A program made the translations under genes and the position numbers. From the NCBI GenBank assembly GCA_964458825.1, contig CAYWLE010000001.1:1-36993 (forward strand): a stretch of DNA of 36,993 nt, given 5' to 3'. This document shows positions 16,708 through 24,779 of the stretch, one piece after another (position 1 is the first letter of the stretch; the number at the start of each line of letters is the position of its first letter). Source of the stretch: an uncultured Oscillospiraceae bacterium. Lineage in GTDB: Bacteria > Bacillota > Clostridia > Christensenellales > Aristaeellaceae. Under the pieces are notes generated by a model, which was not told the DNA's origin, ran no database searches, and saw only the letters and a program-made list of their open reading frames with translations.

Positions 16708-18882
16708 ATGAAGAATAGACAAAGCGGCGCTTCGGCAGGAAATTGCCTGCCCAGCAGCCTTCAATATCGTAAGCAGCATAAAGTACTGGAACCTGCGCTG
16801 GTTCTGCTGGCATTCCTGCTGGCGATCGCGGTGGTTCAGCTTTCCATATCGAAGTATTCCGTCAACAGCGCCTATGGTATAGCCCAGCTTGCCGCCCGGC
16901 AGGCAGCCGCCCAGTTCCAGCAGATCATGGAGGGCAGCTTCCGCGAGCTTACCATCGCAGCCGATGCCTTGCAGACTGCCGAGGCAAACCAGACCGCGCC
17001 CGACCTGCGCAGCACCCTGCTGGGCGACCTCGTTGGCGGCACTTCCCTTGAAAATATCGCATTGATCGAGGGAAATACCCTCACCTACGCCAATGGAAGC
17101 ACAGCCGAAACGCAGGAAACAAAGGTTTATATCGTCTATCGCCGCGATGGCGTGAGCGGCAAGATCATTACAGAGGATAGCGGCGCCATCGAGCTTCGCG
17201 TGCCGGTGGATGTGCAGCGCGAGCTGGTTGGCTGGCTGGATTTGGAGAGACTGGATCAGCAGCTGCTCGGCATGCTGGATGGCAGCTATAGCTATGCCCT
17301 CTATAATTCTGCCACCGGAAAATACCTCGTCAACCGCAGCGATTTTGAACAAAAGCGCTATTATGATACCCTGCTTGATATCGATGTGGACGGCAGCGCC
17401 GCCGCCCTTATGACCTCCAGCGAGGCTCAGGCAAGGGTTCGAATCGGCGGCGAGTCGATCTACATTGCCCAGTGCCCCAGCGGCATACAGCCGTGGTGCG
17501 TGGCTCTGATGCTGCCGGAGGAGCTTGCTTCGACGGAAAACAGCCATATCCTGCTGTGGCTGCACGTTGCAAGCGCCGCCTTGCAGCTTGGCTTGCTCGC
17601 TTACGCGGCGGTTTACCTCGTCCGCAGCTGCTCCCGGGAGAAGAAGATCTGGCTCCAGCGGCGTCGGATGGGCGTTGCAATGCTGGATAGGCTCGCCAAC
17701 GATGCCTCTCTGGTGATCTGCGCTTACAGCCGCAGCGAGGATAGGATAAAGGATTTCCACGAGGGCTTCAGGCTCAACGGCTGCGCCGATCATGAGCCGC
17801 CCAAGAGCATAGAGGCGCTTTCCAGCCAGTATGGCATAGCTGAGGATGATGTGGAGCAGCTGCGCGAGAGCCTGCGGGAGTGCCGCAGCGGTCTGTGTTC
17901 GGAGCTGAACCTGAATGCCTCGGCGCAGGATGGCGAGCATCTGCTGCGCATAGAGATGCAGTGCATGGAGGACAGGCAGGACTGCGTGCTGCTTTCCCTG
18001 CGGGATTGCACGCTGGATATGGAGCGTGAGGATGTGCTGCTGGCCGAGGAGAGCTTTCGGCGGCGCATGCAGGGCAAGGCTATGAGCATATGGCAGATCG
18101 ATGTTGCCCGGAATCGCTGGAAGCTGACGGGCGGCAGCGTGCCGGATGCACTGCGCAGGCTGGGCGTCAACGGCGAATGTCGCGATTACATGTGCGACCT
18201 TGCCGGCGCTCTGCGGGAGTACATCGAGGCGAACGACTACGAATGCTGTGCCGAACAGATGAGCGTGGAGGGGCTGAGCAGGCTCATGCGCACCGGCGGT
18301 CACCAGACCACGCTGGAGTGCCGTGCGCATTCCCTAAAGAGCGGCGCTTACGAGTGGCACAGGCTGCTGGTTCGCGTATACAGGCATCCTGAAAAGGGTG
18401 AAATGATCGCCGATCTCTATGTAATGAATGTGGATGCGGAGAAGAATGCCGAGCTGGAGCGGCAGGAGCGCGCCCGCGTGCTTCAGCAGACCCTGACGGC
18501 CATCAGCGGCATCTATAACGGTCTTTACTATGCGGAGCTGGATATGGATAGGTGCTATACGGCAAAGGCCGTTGGCGGCAGCATTTCCAGCCAGCTGAGC
18601 CAGAGCTATCGTGGCATGGTGGACGCCTTCGTGGCTGGCGATGTGCATCCCGAGGACAGGGAAGCGATACGGCAGCTGCTGGATCCCTATCATCTGCGCA
18701 GGCGCATGACGGAAAACTCCCATCTGGTTCGCCATGAATATCGCAGGCGTGTGGGTGAAAATTATGAAACCGCCGCCATCATCGTGCAGGCTGCACGATT
18801 CGAAAATGGCACTGTGCGCGATATCGCCATCGCCATGCGCCGCTATACCGAAAAGGCAGAAAAGGGTAATATGTCGATCTGA
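16708..18882 (+). CDS. membrane sensor protein: TM, ~240-aa Cache-like ectodomain, TM, three PAS-like cytoplasmic modules, no recognisable output domain
   Basis: 724-aa ORF with TM1 ALVLLAFLLAIAVVQL and TM2 ILLWLHVASAALQLGLLAYAAVYLV. The cytoplasmic part has repeated PAS-like ends such as EWHRLLVRVYRHPEKGEMIADLYVMNVDAEK and YETAAIIVQAARFENGTVRDIAIAMRRY. I saw no GGDEF, EAL, HATPase or HTH motifs. The RBS is weak. Confidence 0.7.
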   Translation: MKNRQSGASAGNCLPSSLQYRKQHKVLEPALVLLAFLLAIAVVQLSISKYSVNSAYGIAQLAARQAAAQFQQIMEGSFRELTIAADALQTAEANQTAPDLRSTLLGDLVGGTSLENIALIEGNTLTYANGSTAETQETKVYIVYRRDGVSGKIITEDSGAIELRVPVDVQRELVGWLDLERLDQQLLGMLDGSYSYALYNSATGKYLVNRSDFEQKRYYDTLLDIDVDGSAAALMTSSEAQARVRIGGESIYIAQCPSGIQPWCVALMLPEELASTENSHILLWLHVASAALQLGLLAYAAVYLVRSCSREKKIWLQRRRMGVAMLDRLANDASLVICAYSRSEDRIKDFHEGFRLNGCADHEPPKSIEALSSQYGIAEDDVEQLRESLRECRSGLCSELNLNASAQDGEHLLRIEMQCMEDRQDCVLLSLRDCTLDMEREDVLLAEESFRRRMQGKAMSIWQIDVARNRWKLTGGSVPDALRRLGVNGECRDYMCDLAGALREYIEANDYECCAEQMSVEGLSRLMRTGGHQTTLECRAHSLKSGAYEWHRLLVRVYRHPEKGEMIADLYVMNVDAEKNAELERQERARVLQQTLTAISGIYNGLYYAELDMDRCYTAKAVGGSISSQLSQSYRGMVDAFVAGDVHPEDREAIRQLLDPYHLRRRMTENSHLVRHEYRRRVGENYETAAIIVQAARFENGTVRDIAIAMRRYTEKAEKGNMSI

Positions 18883-18902
18883 CAATTGCACATGTGTGGT
18901 AT

Positions 18903-18939
18903 AAAAAGGAGCTAAACCAATATGGTTTAGCTCCTTTGC
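18903..18939. terminator. bidirectional terminator between the convergent sensor gene and the ECF operon
   Basis: AAAAAGGAGCTAAACC-aatat-GGTTTAGCTCCTTT forms a 12-13 bp perfect stem. A T-run follows on the - strand and a weaker T tract on the + strand. Confidence 0.8.
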
Positions 18940-18944
18940 TGCGC

Positions 18945-19679
18945 CTAGCAGCCATATTTGATCCTGATGCGGTCGAGCTTGCGGCCAAAGGGTCGCGAGA
19001 TGAGGTTCAGGAAAACCACGTTGGATACCGCATAGATAATGGTATAGGGCAGGGCGGTTGCCAGCGCGGCAAGATAGAGGCCGAGGTTGAAGCTGCCGTT
19101 GTACCACGTGACCGTCCAAACATCCATCACGAAGGAGTAAGCTATCCCGGCAAACACGCCGTAGAGGCTCATGACGATACGGCTTTTGCGTATCGGCTTG
19201 GCAAGCAGGCCGGCAAGCAGCCCGATCAGCCCCCACGAAAGCATCTGAAACGGCGTCCAAGGTCCTTGTCCGGCATAGAAATTCGATATCAGCGCCGAGA
19301 GCGCGCCGGTGAGGAAGCCTGCCTCGCCGCCGAGATAAACCGCCGTAATGACGACCACCGCCGTCACCGGCTTGAATGCCGGTATCACGGAGAAAATGAG
19401 CCTGCCAAGCACCGATAGCGCCGTCATTACCGCCACGAGTATCATCCGCCGTGAGCCGGTCTTCCGCCGCTCATAGCCGCAGCAGAAGAGCAGTATGGAC
19501 ATCAGCGTAACCAGCAGCGAGGTGAGGGCGTAGCTCCTGCGTCCCGGGCCCACAGAGAAGCCAAGCACCAAGGCAGGGATCAAAATAAAGGGCAGTATGA
19601 TGCCCAGCGCCCGCCGCAGCCGCTTGCTTCTGATCACGGGCAGGCGAAGCTCTGGCCGATGGAAGGTGATCTGCTTCAT
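18945..19679 (-). CDS. ECF transporter substrate-specific (S) component, predicted corrinoid-specific by context
   Basis: 244 aa with 6-7 TM segments and an S-component-like core (FKPVTAVVVITAVYLGGEAGFLTG...GQGPWTPFQMLSWGLIG). ATGA overlap with the upstream ATPase gene. Confidence 0.65.
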   Translation of the reverse strand: MKQITFHRPELRLPVIRSKRLRRALGIILPFILIPALVLGFSVGPGRRSYALTSLLVTLMSILLFCCGYERRKTGSRRMILVAVMTALSVLGRLIFSVIPAFKPVTAVVVITAVYLGGEAGFLTGALSALISNFYAGQGPWTPFQMLSWGLIGLLAGLLAKPIRKSRIVMSLYGVFAGIAYSFVMDVWTVTWYNGSFNLGLYLAALATALPYTIIYAVSNVVFLNLISRPFGRKLDRIRIKYGC

Positions 19680-21304
19680 CTGTGACCGCCATTTCTGCGG
19701 CAGAGCGCCGCTGCATCCTCCGCCGTGGCTACGCCGGTATACCAGCCGCGACAGATGCGGTTTGCGGAGGTGGTGTAGAAGCTGTTCGCATCAAAGAAGC
19801 TGCGCGGCAGATCCTCCGATACGATCTCACCCCGGAAAAAGAGCGCGCATCGATCGGCACACTTGGCGGCAAACTCCACATCGTGGGTCATGATAAGCAC
19901 GGTAACGCCATCCGCCTTCAGCCGTTGCAGGATATCCAGTACGTGCCTCTGGCTGTGTGCGTCGATGCCCTTGGTTGGCTCGTCCAGCAAAAGCAGCCGG
20001 GGTCTGGATGCAAGCACCTTCGCAAGGGCAACCAGCTGCTGCTCGCCGCCGGAGAGATCATAGGGATGCAGCTCCAGCAGGTGATCTAGGCTATAGGGCA
20101 GGGAGGCAGGGTCGCAGCCAACCTCCTGTAGCTCCTCGCGCACGGTCATCTTCAGGAAAACGGTCTGTACGTCCTGCGGCAGCATGGCAACGCACTCCCG
20201 ATAGAGGGTCTGACCGCGGTATTTCTCTATCCTCTGGCTGAATATGCGCACCGAGCCGCTGTAGGCATGCAGAAGCCCCGCGCAGAGCTTTAGCAGCGTG
20301 GATTTGCCGGATCCATTTGCGCCGAGGAAGCAGAATATCTCCCCGCAGCGCACGCTCAGGCTGAGGTCGCTCAGTACGTCTGGCAGCTCCCGTCCATAGC
20401 GGAAGCATATGTTCTTCAGCTCGAGGGCTACTTCCTTCGGGCGCTGGGGAGCCTCGATGGGCAGGCTGGATACCTTGTTTGCATAACCTTCCCGCACAAA
20501 GCGCCGACCCTCCCGCACGGTAATGGGGCAGGCGCCGCTTCCATCCAGCGAATGGAAGAGCCGAACCGCGCCGGGCATGGCGTCCAGCAGGCTTGGGTTG
20601 CTGCGCAGCCGCTCGCAAGCGGCATGAGGCGGAAGATTAAGGCTGAGGCTGCCGTCTTCCAGAACCAGCACACGGTCTGCCATGGGCAGCGCTTCCTCCA
20701 GCCGATGCTCGATGAGGATAATGGTAAGCCCCATGTCCTGATGGAGCTTGCGAATGGTTGCCAGAAAATCCGAGGCCGCGATGGGGTCGAGCTGGGAGGT
20801 TGGTTCGTCCAGCAGCAGTATGTCCGGCTGGGCAACCATCACGGCAGCAAGGTTCAGCAGCTGCTTCTGACCGCCGGATAGCTGGGAAACATCCCGCTCA
20901 AACCAGTCGGCGATGCCAAAATAGCTCGCCATCTCAGCCACGCGACGGCGGATAACGCTCTGCGGCAGAGCCAGATTTTCCAAGGCGAAGGCAAGCTCGT
21001 GCCAAACCTTGTCGGTCACAAGCTGCTGTTCCGGGCGCTGCATAACGTAGCCAATGCGGGCGGCGGAGATACCCTCGTTCATATCCTCCACAGGCTGACC
21101 AAAGCAGTAAATGCTGCCGCTGCGCTCGCCGAGGGGAGCCAGCTCCCGCTTGAGCATGCGCATGAGGGTGGATTTGCCGGAGCCGGTGGCCCCCATCAGC
21201 ACGATAAAATCGCCCGCCTCAACGCTGAAGCTGACGTGCGATAGTATGTCCCTCTGTGCTGCCGGATAGCGGAAGCTCAGATCTTCGACTTTAAGAATTT
21301 CCAA
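19676..21304 (-). CDS. ecfA: fused tandem ECF/ABC ATPase (EcfA-EcfA')
   Basis: Two NBDs are present. One carries GATGSGKST/LSGGQKQ/LLLDEPTS and the other GANGSGKST/LSGGEQQ/LLLDEPTKG. Start set at TTG 21304 (MEILKVEDLSF, GGAGGAG RBS) instead of the track start 21451, which would overlap ecfT by 175 nt. Confidence 0.88.
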   Translation of the reverse strand: MEILKVEDLSFRYPAAQRDILSHVSFSVEAGDFIVLMGATGSGKSTLMRMLKRELAPLGERSGSIYCFGQPVEDMNEGISAARIGYVMQRPEQQLVTDKVWHELAFALENLALPQSVIRRRVAEMASYFGIADWFERDVSQLSGGQKQLLNLAAVMVAQPDILLLDEPTSQLDPIAASDFLATIRKLHQDMGLTIILIEHRLEEALPMADRVLVLEDGSLSLNLPPHAACERLRSNPSLLDAMPGAVRLFHSLDGSGACPITVREGRRFVREGYANKVSSLPIEAPQRPKEVALELKNICFRYGRELPDVLSDLSLSVRCGEIFCFLGANGSGKSTLLKLCAGLLHAYSGSVRIFSQRIEKYRGQTLYRECVAMLPQDVQTVFLKMTVREELQEVGCDPASLPYSLDHLLELHPYDLSGGEQQLVALAKVLASRPRLLLLDEPTKGIDAHSQRHVLDILQRLKADGVTVLIMTHDVEFAAKCADRCALFFRGEIVSEDLPRSFFDANSFYTTSANRICRGWYTGVATAEDAAALCRRNGGHR

Positions 21305-22155
21305 CGGATCATCTCCTCCACTTCCATTATAACGGGCAAAAGGCTCAGCAGCGCATAGGCGATGGTCGCTGCGATTGCCAGCGGCGTGGGCGCGGGCATG
21401 GCAAAGCTCGGATAATAGCTGCAAGTCAGGCTGCCCGAGGCCGCCGCCCATATGGTGACGCTGGAGAGCAGCAGGCAGAGCAGGCAGGCAAGCCCATCCT
21501 TCATTCGAAAGTGAAAGAGGGCAAAGCGCGTGCGCCTGCCAATGCCGTAGCCGCGGGCGGACATGGAATCAGCGGTAATCACGCCGTTCTCCAGCGCCCA
21601 AGAAACCAGCACAGAGAATATGCGTACCTCGCCGCGAATGCGGTCAATGAGGTTTTCTTCCCGGAACAAGCCGAGCGCCCTCTGCGCATCCCGCACCCGC
21701 TTTGCCTGTTGGCGAAGCAGGGGAATATAGCGCAGGGCAATGGAGAGTATCAGCGTGAGCTTGGGCAGTGCCGAACCAAATACATAGAGCAGCTTGTCGC
21801 TGGTCATGATCTGCTGAAAGGAGCGGAACCAGTAGAGCGCCGATAGCAGCATCAGCCCGAACACAAGCCCGTAGAGCACGGCTTCAAGGGTGATGGGATT
21901 ATCATTCAATATAAAAAGCACGCTGCTGCCCGCATGTGAGAATATGGGGTTGAGCAGCACCGACAAGCCAAATAACATGAGGTAGCCTGCATGCTCCTTC
22001 AGCCGTGTGTCTGGATTGCGCAGCAAATAATAGCTGAGCGCGCCGATGAGGGAGATGAGCAGCATCGCCGGGTTCATCAGGAACATGGCAATGCCCGCCG
22101 TCAGTATCAGCCAAAGAAAGGCGGCGATGGGGTTCAGCTCAGCCAGTGTGTTCAT
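21277..22155 (-). CDS. ecfT: ECF transporter transmembrane (T) component
   Basis: Start set at ATG 22155 (MNTLAELNPIAAFLWLIL), giving an ATGA overlap with the upstream stop. Polytopic membrane protein with CbiQ/EcfT-like ALRYIPLLRQQAKRVRDAQRALG and ADSMSARGYG. Confidence 0.8.
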   Translation of the reverse strand: MNTLAELNPIAAFLWLILTAGIAMFLMNPAMLLISLIGALSYYLLRNPDTRLKEHAGYLMLFGLSVLLNPIFSHAGSSVLFILNDNPITLEAVLYGLVFGLMLLSALYWFRSFQQIMTSDKLLYVFGSALPKLTLILSIALRYIPLLRQQAKRVRDAQRALGLFREENLIDRIRGEVRIFSVLVSWALENGVITADSMSARGYGIGRRTRFALFHFRMKDGLACLLCLLLSSVTIWAAASGSLTCSYYPSFAMPAPTPLAIAATIAYALLSLLPVIMEVEEMIRWKFLKSKI

Positions 22156-23720
22156 TTCAGATCCTCGCCATTTGAAAGTGTGTATTGCCAGAGAACCACG
22201 TCGCCATCCTTGAGCACGCAGCTCTCGCAGCCCACGGAGGGGAAGACTCCGTTTACGGAATACATCCAACCGGACTGGGAGCCAAGGTCAAATTCATAGA
22301 GGTTGGCAATGCCGTTGACATACGCCATGCCCGCCGTGGCTCCGCTGTGCTCCAGCTGGAGATGATGCTCCTTGGCTGCGCGAAGAAGCGCGTCAAGCAC
22401 CGTTTCACCCTCCGCAAAGGGTACGTCGCAGGCGGGCAGGATCACGCCGTCCTCTGGAGTCACGCCGTTTGTACCCCTGCCGGCCACGGTATCGCAGCGT
22501 ATGGCAAGGCTGACTGTGCCGGCTGGGTCGGCTACGGTCTGCGGCGTATAGTAGCTCGAGGTTGGCTGGATATCAATCATGGTCACTGCAGCGGCAAGTA
22601 GCAGGCACACCAGCGCGGTGCTGAGCAGGCGCTTGGCACGGCCGTGCCTTTTTGCAAGCATAAGTATGACGCCGATGATGGCAAGCAGGAGTATGGCTGC
22701 ATATGCCCATAGCTTCCAGCCAAGCTCTGCCTGAAGAGCCACAAGAGCGCTTGCATCGATGCTTTGGGCAGCCACGTCCCGCAGGGCATAGAGCGGCGAT
22801 GCAGCCTCGATGGATGCAAAGGCAGCCAGAGCCTGAACCGTCGCCGTGGCGTTTGCATCTCCACCGAGCTGGTGGGCAAAGGAGCCGTCCGGCAGCCGGT
22901 GGGCAAGTATCGCTTCGGCGATGGTATTGCCGTTCTTTATAAAGCGCTCGTCGGCGCTGGCATCAATGCCGAGGGAGGAGAGGGCGATCAGCACCTGACA
23001 GGCGCTCTCGCAGTTCTCCACGCCGTAGCTGGCATAACCGCCGCTTAGCTTCTGTGCGCCGGAGAGAAAGCCAAGCCCGGATTCGATGGCATCGGCAACC
23101 TCGGCTTGATAAGCGGAACCATCATAGCAGGCAAGCGCCTGCAAGCACATGGCGGTGACGTCTGCATCGGAGTAATTGCCGTTTACAGCCCAGCCGCCGT
23201 CCTCCTTGCGCAGGGCTAGCAGCTGCTCGGCCAGCTTGTCTGCGCTCCAAAGCTCGGACGGAGCGCCCGCATTGAGCAGGTGCAGCCCGTAGATATAGCT
23301 CATGATGCCCATCTGACCCACGGCTGCGTCCACCATATCGGCGGTCACGTATTCCCGTCCGCCGCAGGCGATCAGGGTGAGCATGGCGCGCATGCGGCTG
23401 GATGGATTGCTCAGCTTGCCTTCCTCCAGAGCCTCCCGCAGGGCGCGTGCATAGGCGGCGGAATCAAAATCCACGCCGAGGCGGCTGAGGGCAAAGATAT
23501 AGTGGTCCGCCGAACCGTTGACCTCGGGCGCGAGGATATTATCCACCCAAGCCTGCAAGCTGCGCTCGCCGCGGGCATGGGTGATAACGCCGTCGATGAT
23601 GCTTGCGGCGTCATCGGCGGCGTGGGCAGCGCTCATTGCGGGCAGCGCGGCTGTCAGCAGCGCGCAGGCAAGAACGAGTATCCAATAAAGCTTGTTTTTC
23701 ACTAGAGAGCTGTGCTTCAT
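22152..23720 (-). CDS. secreted alpha/alpha-toroid (prenyltransferase/terpene-cyclase-like repeat) domain + two-TM hairpin + C-terminal DUF4430 (transcobalamin beta-domain-like) protein
   Basis: 522 aa with signal peptide KLYWILVLACALLTAALPAMSAAHA. Repeats include EDGGWAVNGNYSDADVTAMCLQALACY, GGYASYGVENCESACQVLIALSSLGI and LPDGSFAHQLGGDANATATVQALAAF. The TM hairpin is LWAYAAILLLAIIGVILMLA-KRHGRAKR-LLSTALVCLLLAAAVTMI. The C-terminus reads GTVSLAIRCD...ETVLDALLRA...SGWMYSVNGVFPSVGCESCVLKDGDVVLWQY. Confidence 0.7.
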   Translation of the reverse strand: MKHSSLVKNKLYWILVLACALLTAALPAMSAAHAADDAASIIDGVITHARGERSLQAWVDNILAPEVNGSADHYIFALSRLGVDFDSAAYARALREALEEGKLSNPSSRMRAMLTLIACGGREYVTADMVDAAVGQMGIMSYIYGLHLLNAGAPSELWSADKLAEQLLALRKEDGGWAVNGNYSDADVTAMCLQALACYDGSAYQAEVADAIESGLGFLSGAQKLSGGYASYGVENCESACQVLIALSSLGIDASADERFIKNGNTIAEAILAHRLPDGSFAHQLGGDANATATVQALAAFASIEAASPLYALRDVAAQSIDASALVALQAELGWKLWAYAAILLLAIIGVILMLAKRHGRAKRLLSTALVCLLLAAAVTMIDIQPTSSYYTPQTVADPAGTVSLAIRCDTVAGRGTNGVTPEDGVILPACDVPFAEGETVLDALLRAAKEHHLQLEHSGATAGMAYVNGIANLYEFDLGSQSGWMYSVNGVFPSVGCESCVLKDGDVVLWQYTLSNGEDLK

Positions 23721-23771
23721 TGCTTAATCAGGCTTGGTTGCTTGGTTGCTTGTGTTATAGAGGAAGCGGGA

Positions 23772-24443
23772 TCAGCCGATCTCCACGCGGCAAACCGGGG
23801 GAACGAGGATCATGCTGTCGCTGCGGGCGGAAATGACGCAGGAAGCATCCACGCTGAAGCTTACCTTGCCCTCGGCGTCGGTCACGAGGTCGGTATCCAC
23901 GCCGTCAACGGTGATGATCGCGCCCTCGAGGGGATAGGTCAGAGGATTCCAGTTTGCATCGAAGCCATAGGCGGTCAGGGTAAGCTCTGCCTCGCCAGCC
24001 TCGCCGGTGAGGATGCCGCAGTCAAAGAAGCAGTAGGTGTCCGTCCAGCTGGTGAGATCCTGATAGCAGTAAGCATTGATCATGTCGCCGTCCGCCACGG
24101 TATCCGCGAGGGAGAGGGAGGCTACGTTGTTTACATAGTAGCCATAGGAACCGCCGTTCGCCACGCCCCAGAGCTTGCTCAGGCTAAGACCATAATCGGA
24201 ATCCACAGCCTCATAACCCTCGGCAGCGCCGCCGGGATAGGCAGCCTCGTGGGCGAGGCAGAGCGCATCGGAAATGGTGAGCATGCCGTCGCCGTCGGTA
24301 TCGCTCATTTCAACGGGCAGGTAGGCAAGCTGAACGCCGTCGCTTGTGATGCTAACATAGACGGTTTCAGCCATGGCGCAGCCGCCAACGGCCAGCGCCA
24401 GAGCAAGGATGCTCAGGATAATTGCGCGTGCAGTGTTCTTCAT
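23772..24443 (-). CDS. lipoprotein with DUF4430-like domain (with embedded EF-hand/dockerin-type Ca loop) and C-terminal Ig-like domain
   Basis: 223 aa with a lipobox-type signal peptide (ILALALAVGGC). The sequence continues VYVSITSDG...DTDGDGMLTISDAL...GGSYGYYVNNVASLSLADTVADGDMINAYCY. Strong AAGGAGG RBS. First gene after the riboswitch. Confidence 0.65.
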   Translation of the reverse strand: MKNTARAIILSILALALAVGGCAMAETVYVSITSDGVQLAYLPVEMSDTDGDGMLTISDALCLAHEAAYPGGAAEGYEAVDSDYGLSLSKLWGVANGGSYGYYVNNVASLSLADTVADGDMINAYCYQDLTSWTDTYCFFDCGILTGEAGEAELTLTAYGFDANWNPLTYPLEGAIITVDGVDTDLVTDAEGKVSFSVDASCVISARSDSMILVPPVCRVEIG

Positions 24444-24505
24444 GGTTAGGTTCCTCCTTATGCTTGCTTTAGTTGCTTGCTTGAGCCAAAGCCTTGCTCA
24501 GAACA

Positions 24506-24546
24506 AGAAAAAAGCGCCACGCCGCCAAGCAGGCGACGATCAGCGC
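24506..24546 (-). terminator. riboswitch expression-platform terminator
   Basis: The - strand reads GCGCUGAUCGUCGCC-UGCUU-GGCGGCGUGGCGC followed by UUUUUU. It sits between the aptamer and the first RBS. Confidence 0.65.
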
Positions 24547-24599
24547 ACATCTCCGGCAAATACCTCCGCATCAGCCGTGCAAAGGCATATACCAAAGGC

Positions 24600-24775
24600 T
24601 GCGCTTTTCCTGCCCAAAAACGTAAGCCTCAGCCGCGATCAACGCGGCATCTTGCAGCAAAGCGGCAGGCGTCCCGACTCATGCCCCGCTGGGGCATTCA
24701 CGGTAATGGCGGTTGCGACGGTCTCTCACCGTACTTCCCCCGCTCGCTTTGCACAGGCTCAATACAAAAGCCTGC
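24600..24775 (-). promoter_or_regulatory. cobalamin (B12) riboswitch aptamer
   Basis: The - strand contains GGGAAGUACGGUGAGAGACCGU (24718-24739), compared with consensus AGGGAA..GGUG.AA.UCC. GCCAUUACCGUGAAUG follows. A B12-box-like GAGUCGGGACGCCUGCCG lies at 24663-24680, compared with AGUCAGGAUACCUGCC. Order and spacing fit RF00174. Not verified with a covariance model. Confidence 0.7.
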
Positions 24776-24779
24776 ATAA

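Noticed and set aside
16588-18330. 580-aa - strand ORF opposite the 724-aa sensor
   Set aside because: The + strand frame has clean TM segments, a domain-like organisation and ends at a terminator. The - strand product is Ala/Gln/Leu/His low-complexity without an RBS. This is the least certain strand call among the long genes because the + strand gene has only a weak RBS.
19676-22269. Longer N-terminal extensions of EcfA (start 21451) and EcfT (start 22269) as given in the track
   Set aside because: The extensions overlap the preceding genes by 118-175 nt and look non-protein-like. Internal starts at 21304 (TTG, GGAGGAG RBS) and 22155 (ATGA coupling) give canonical N-termini.
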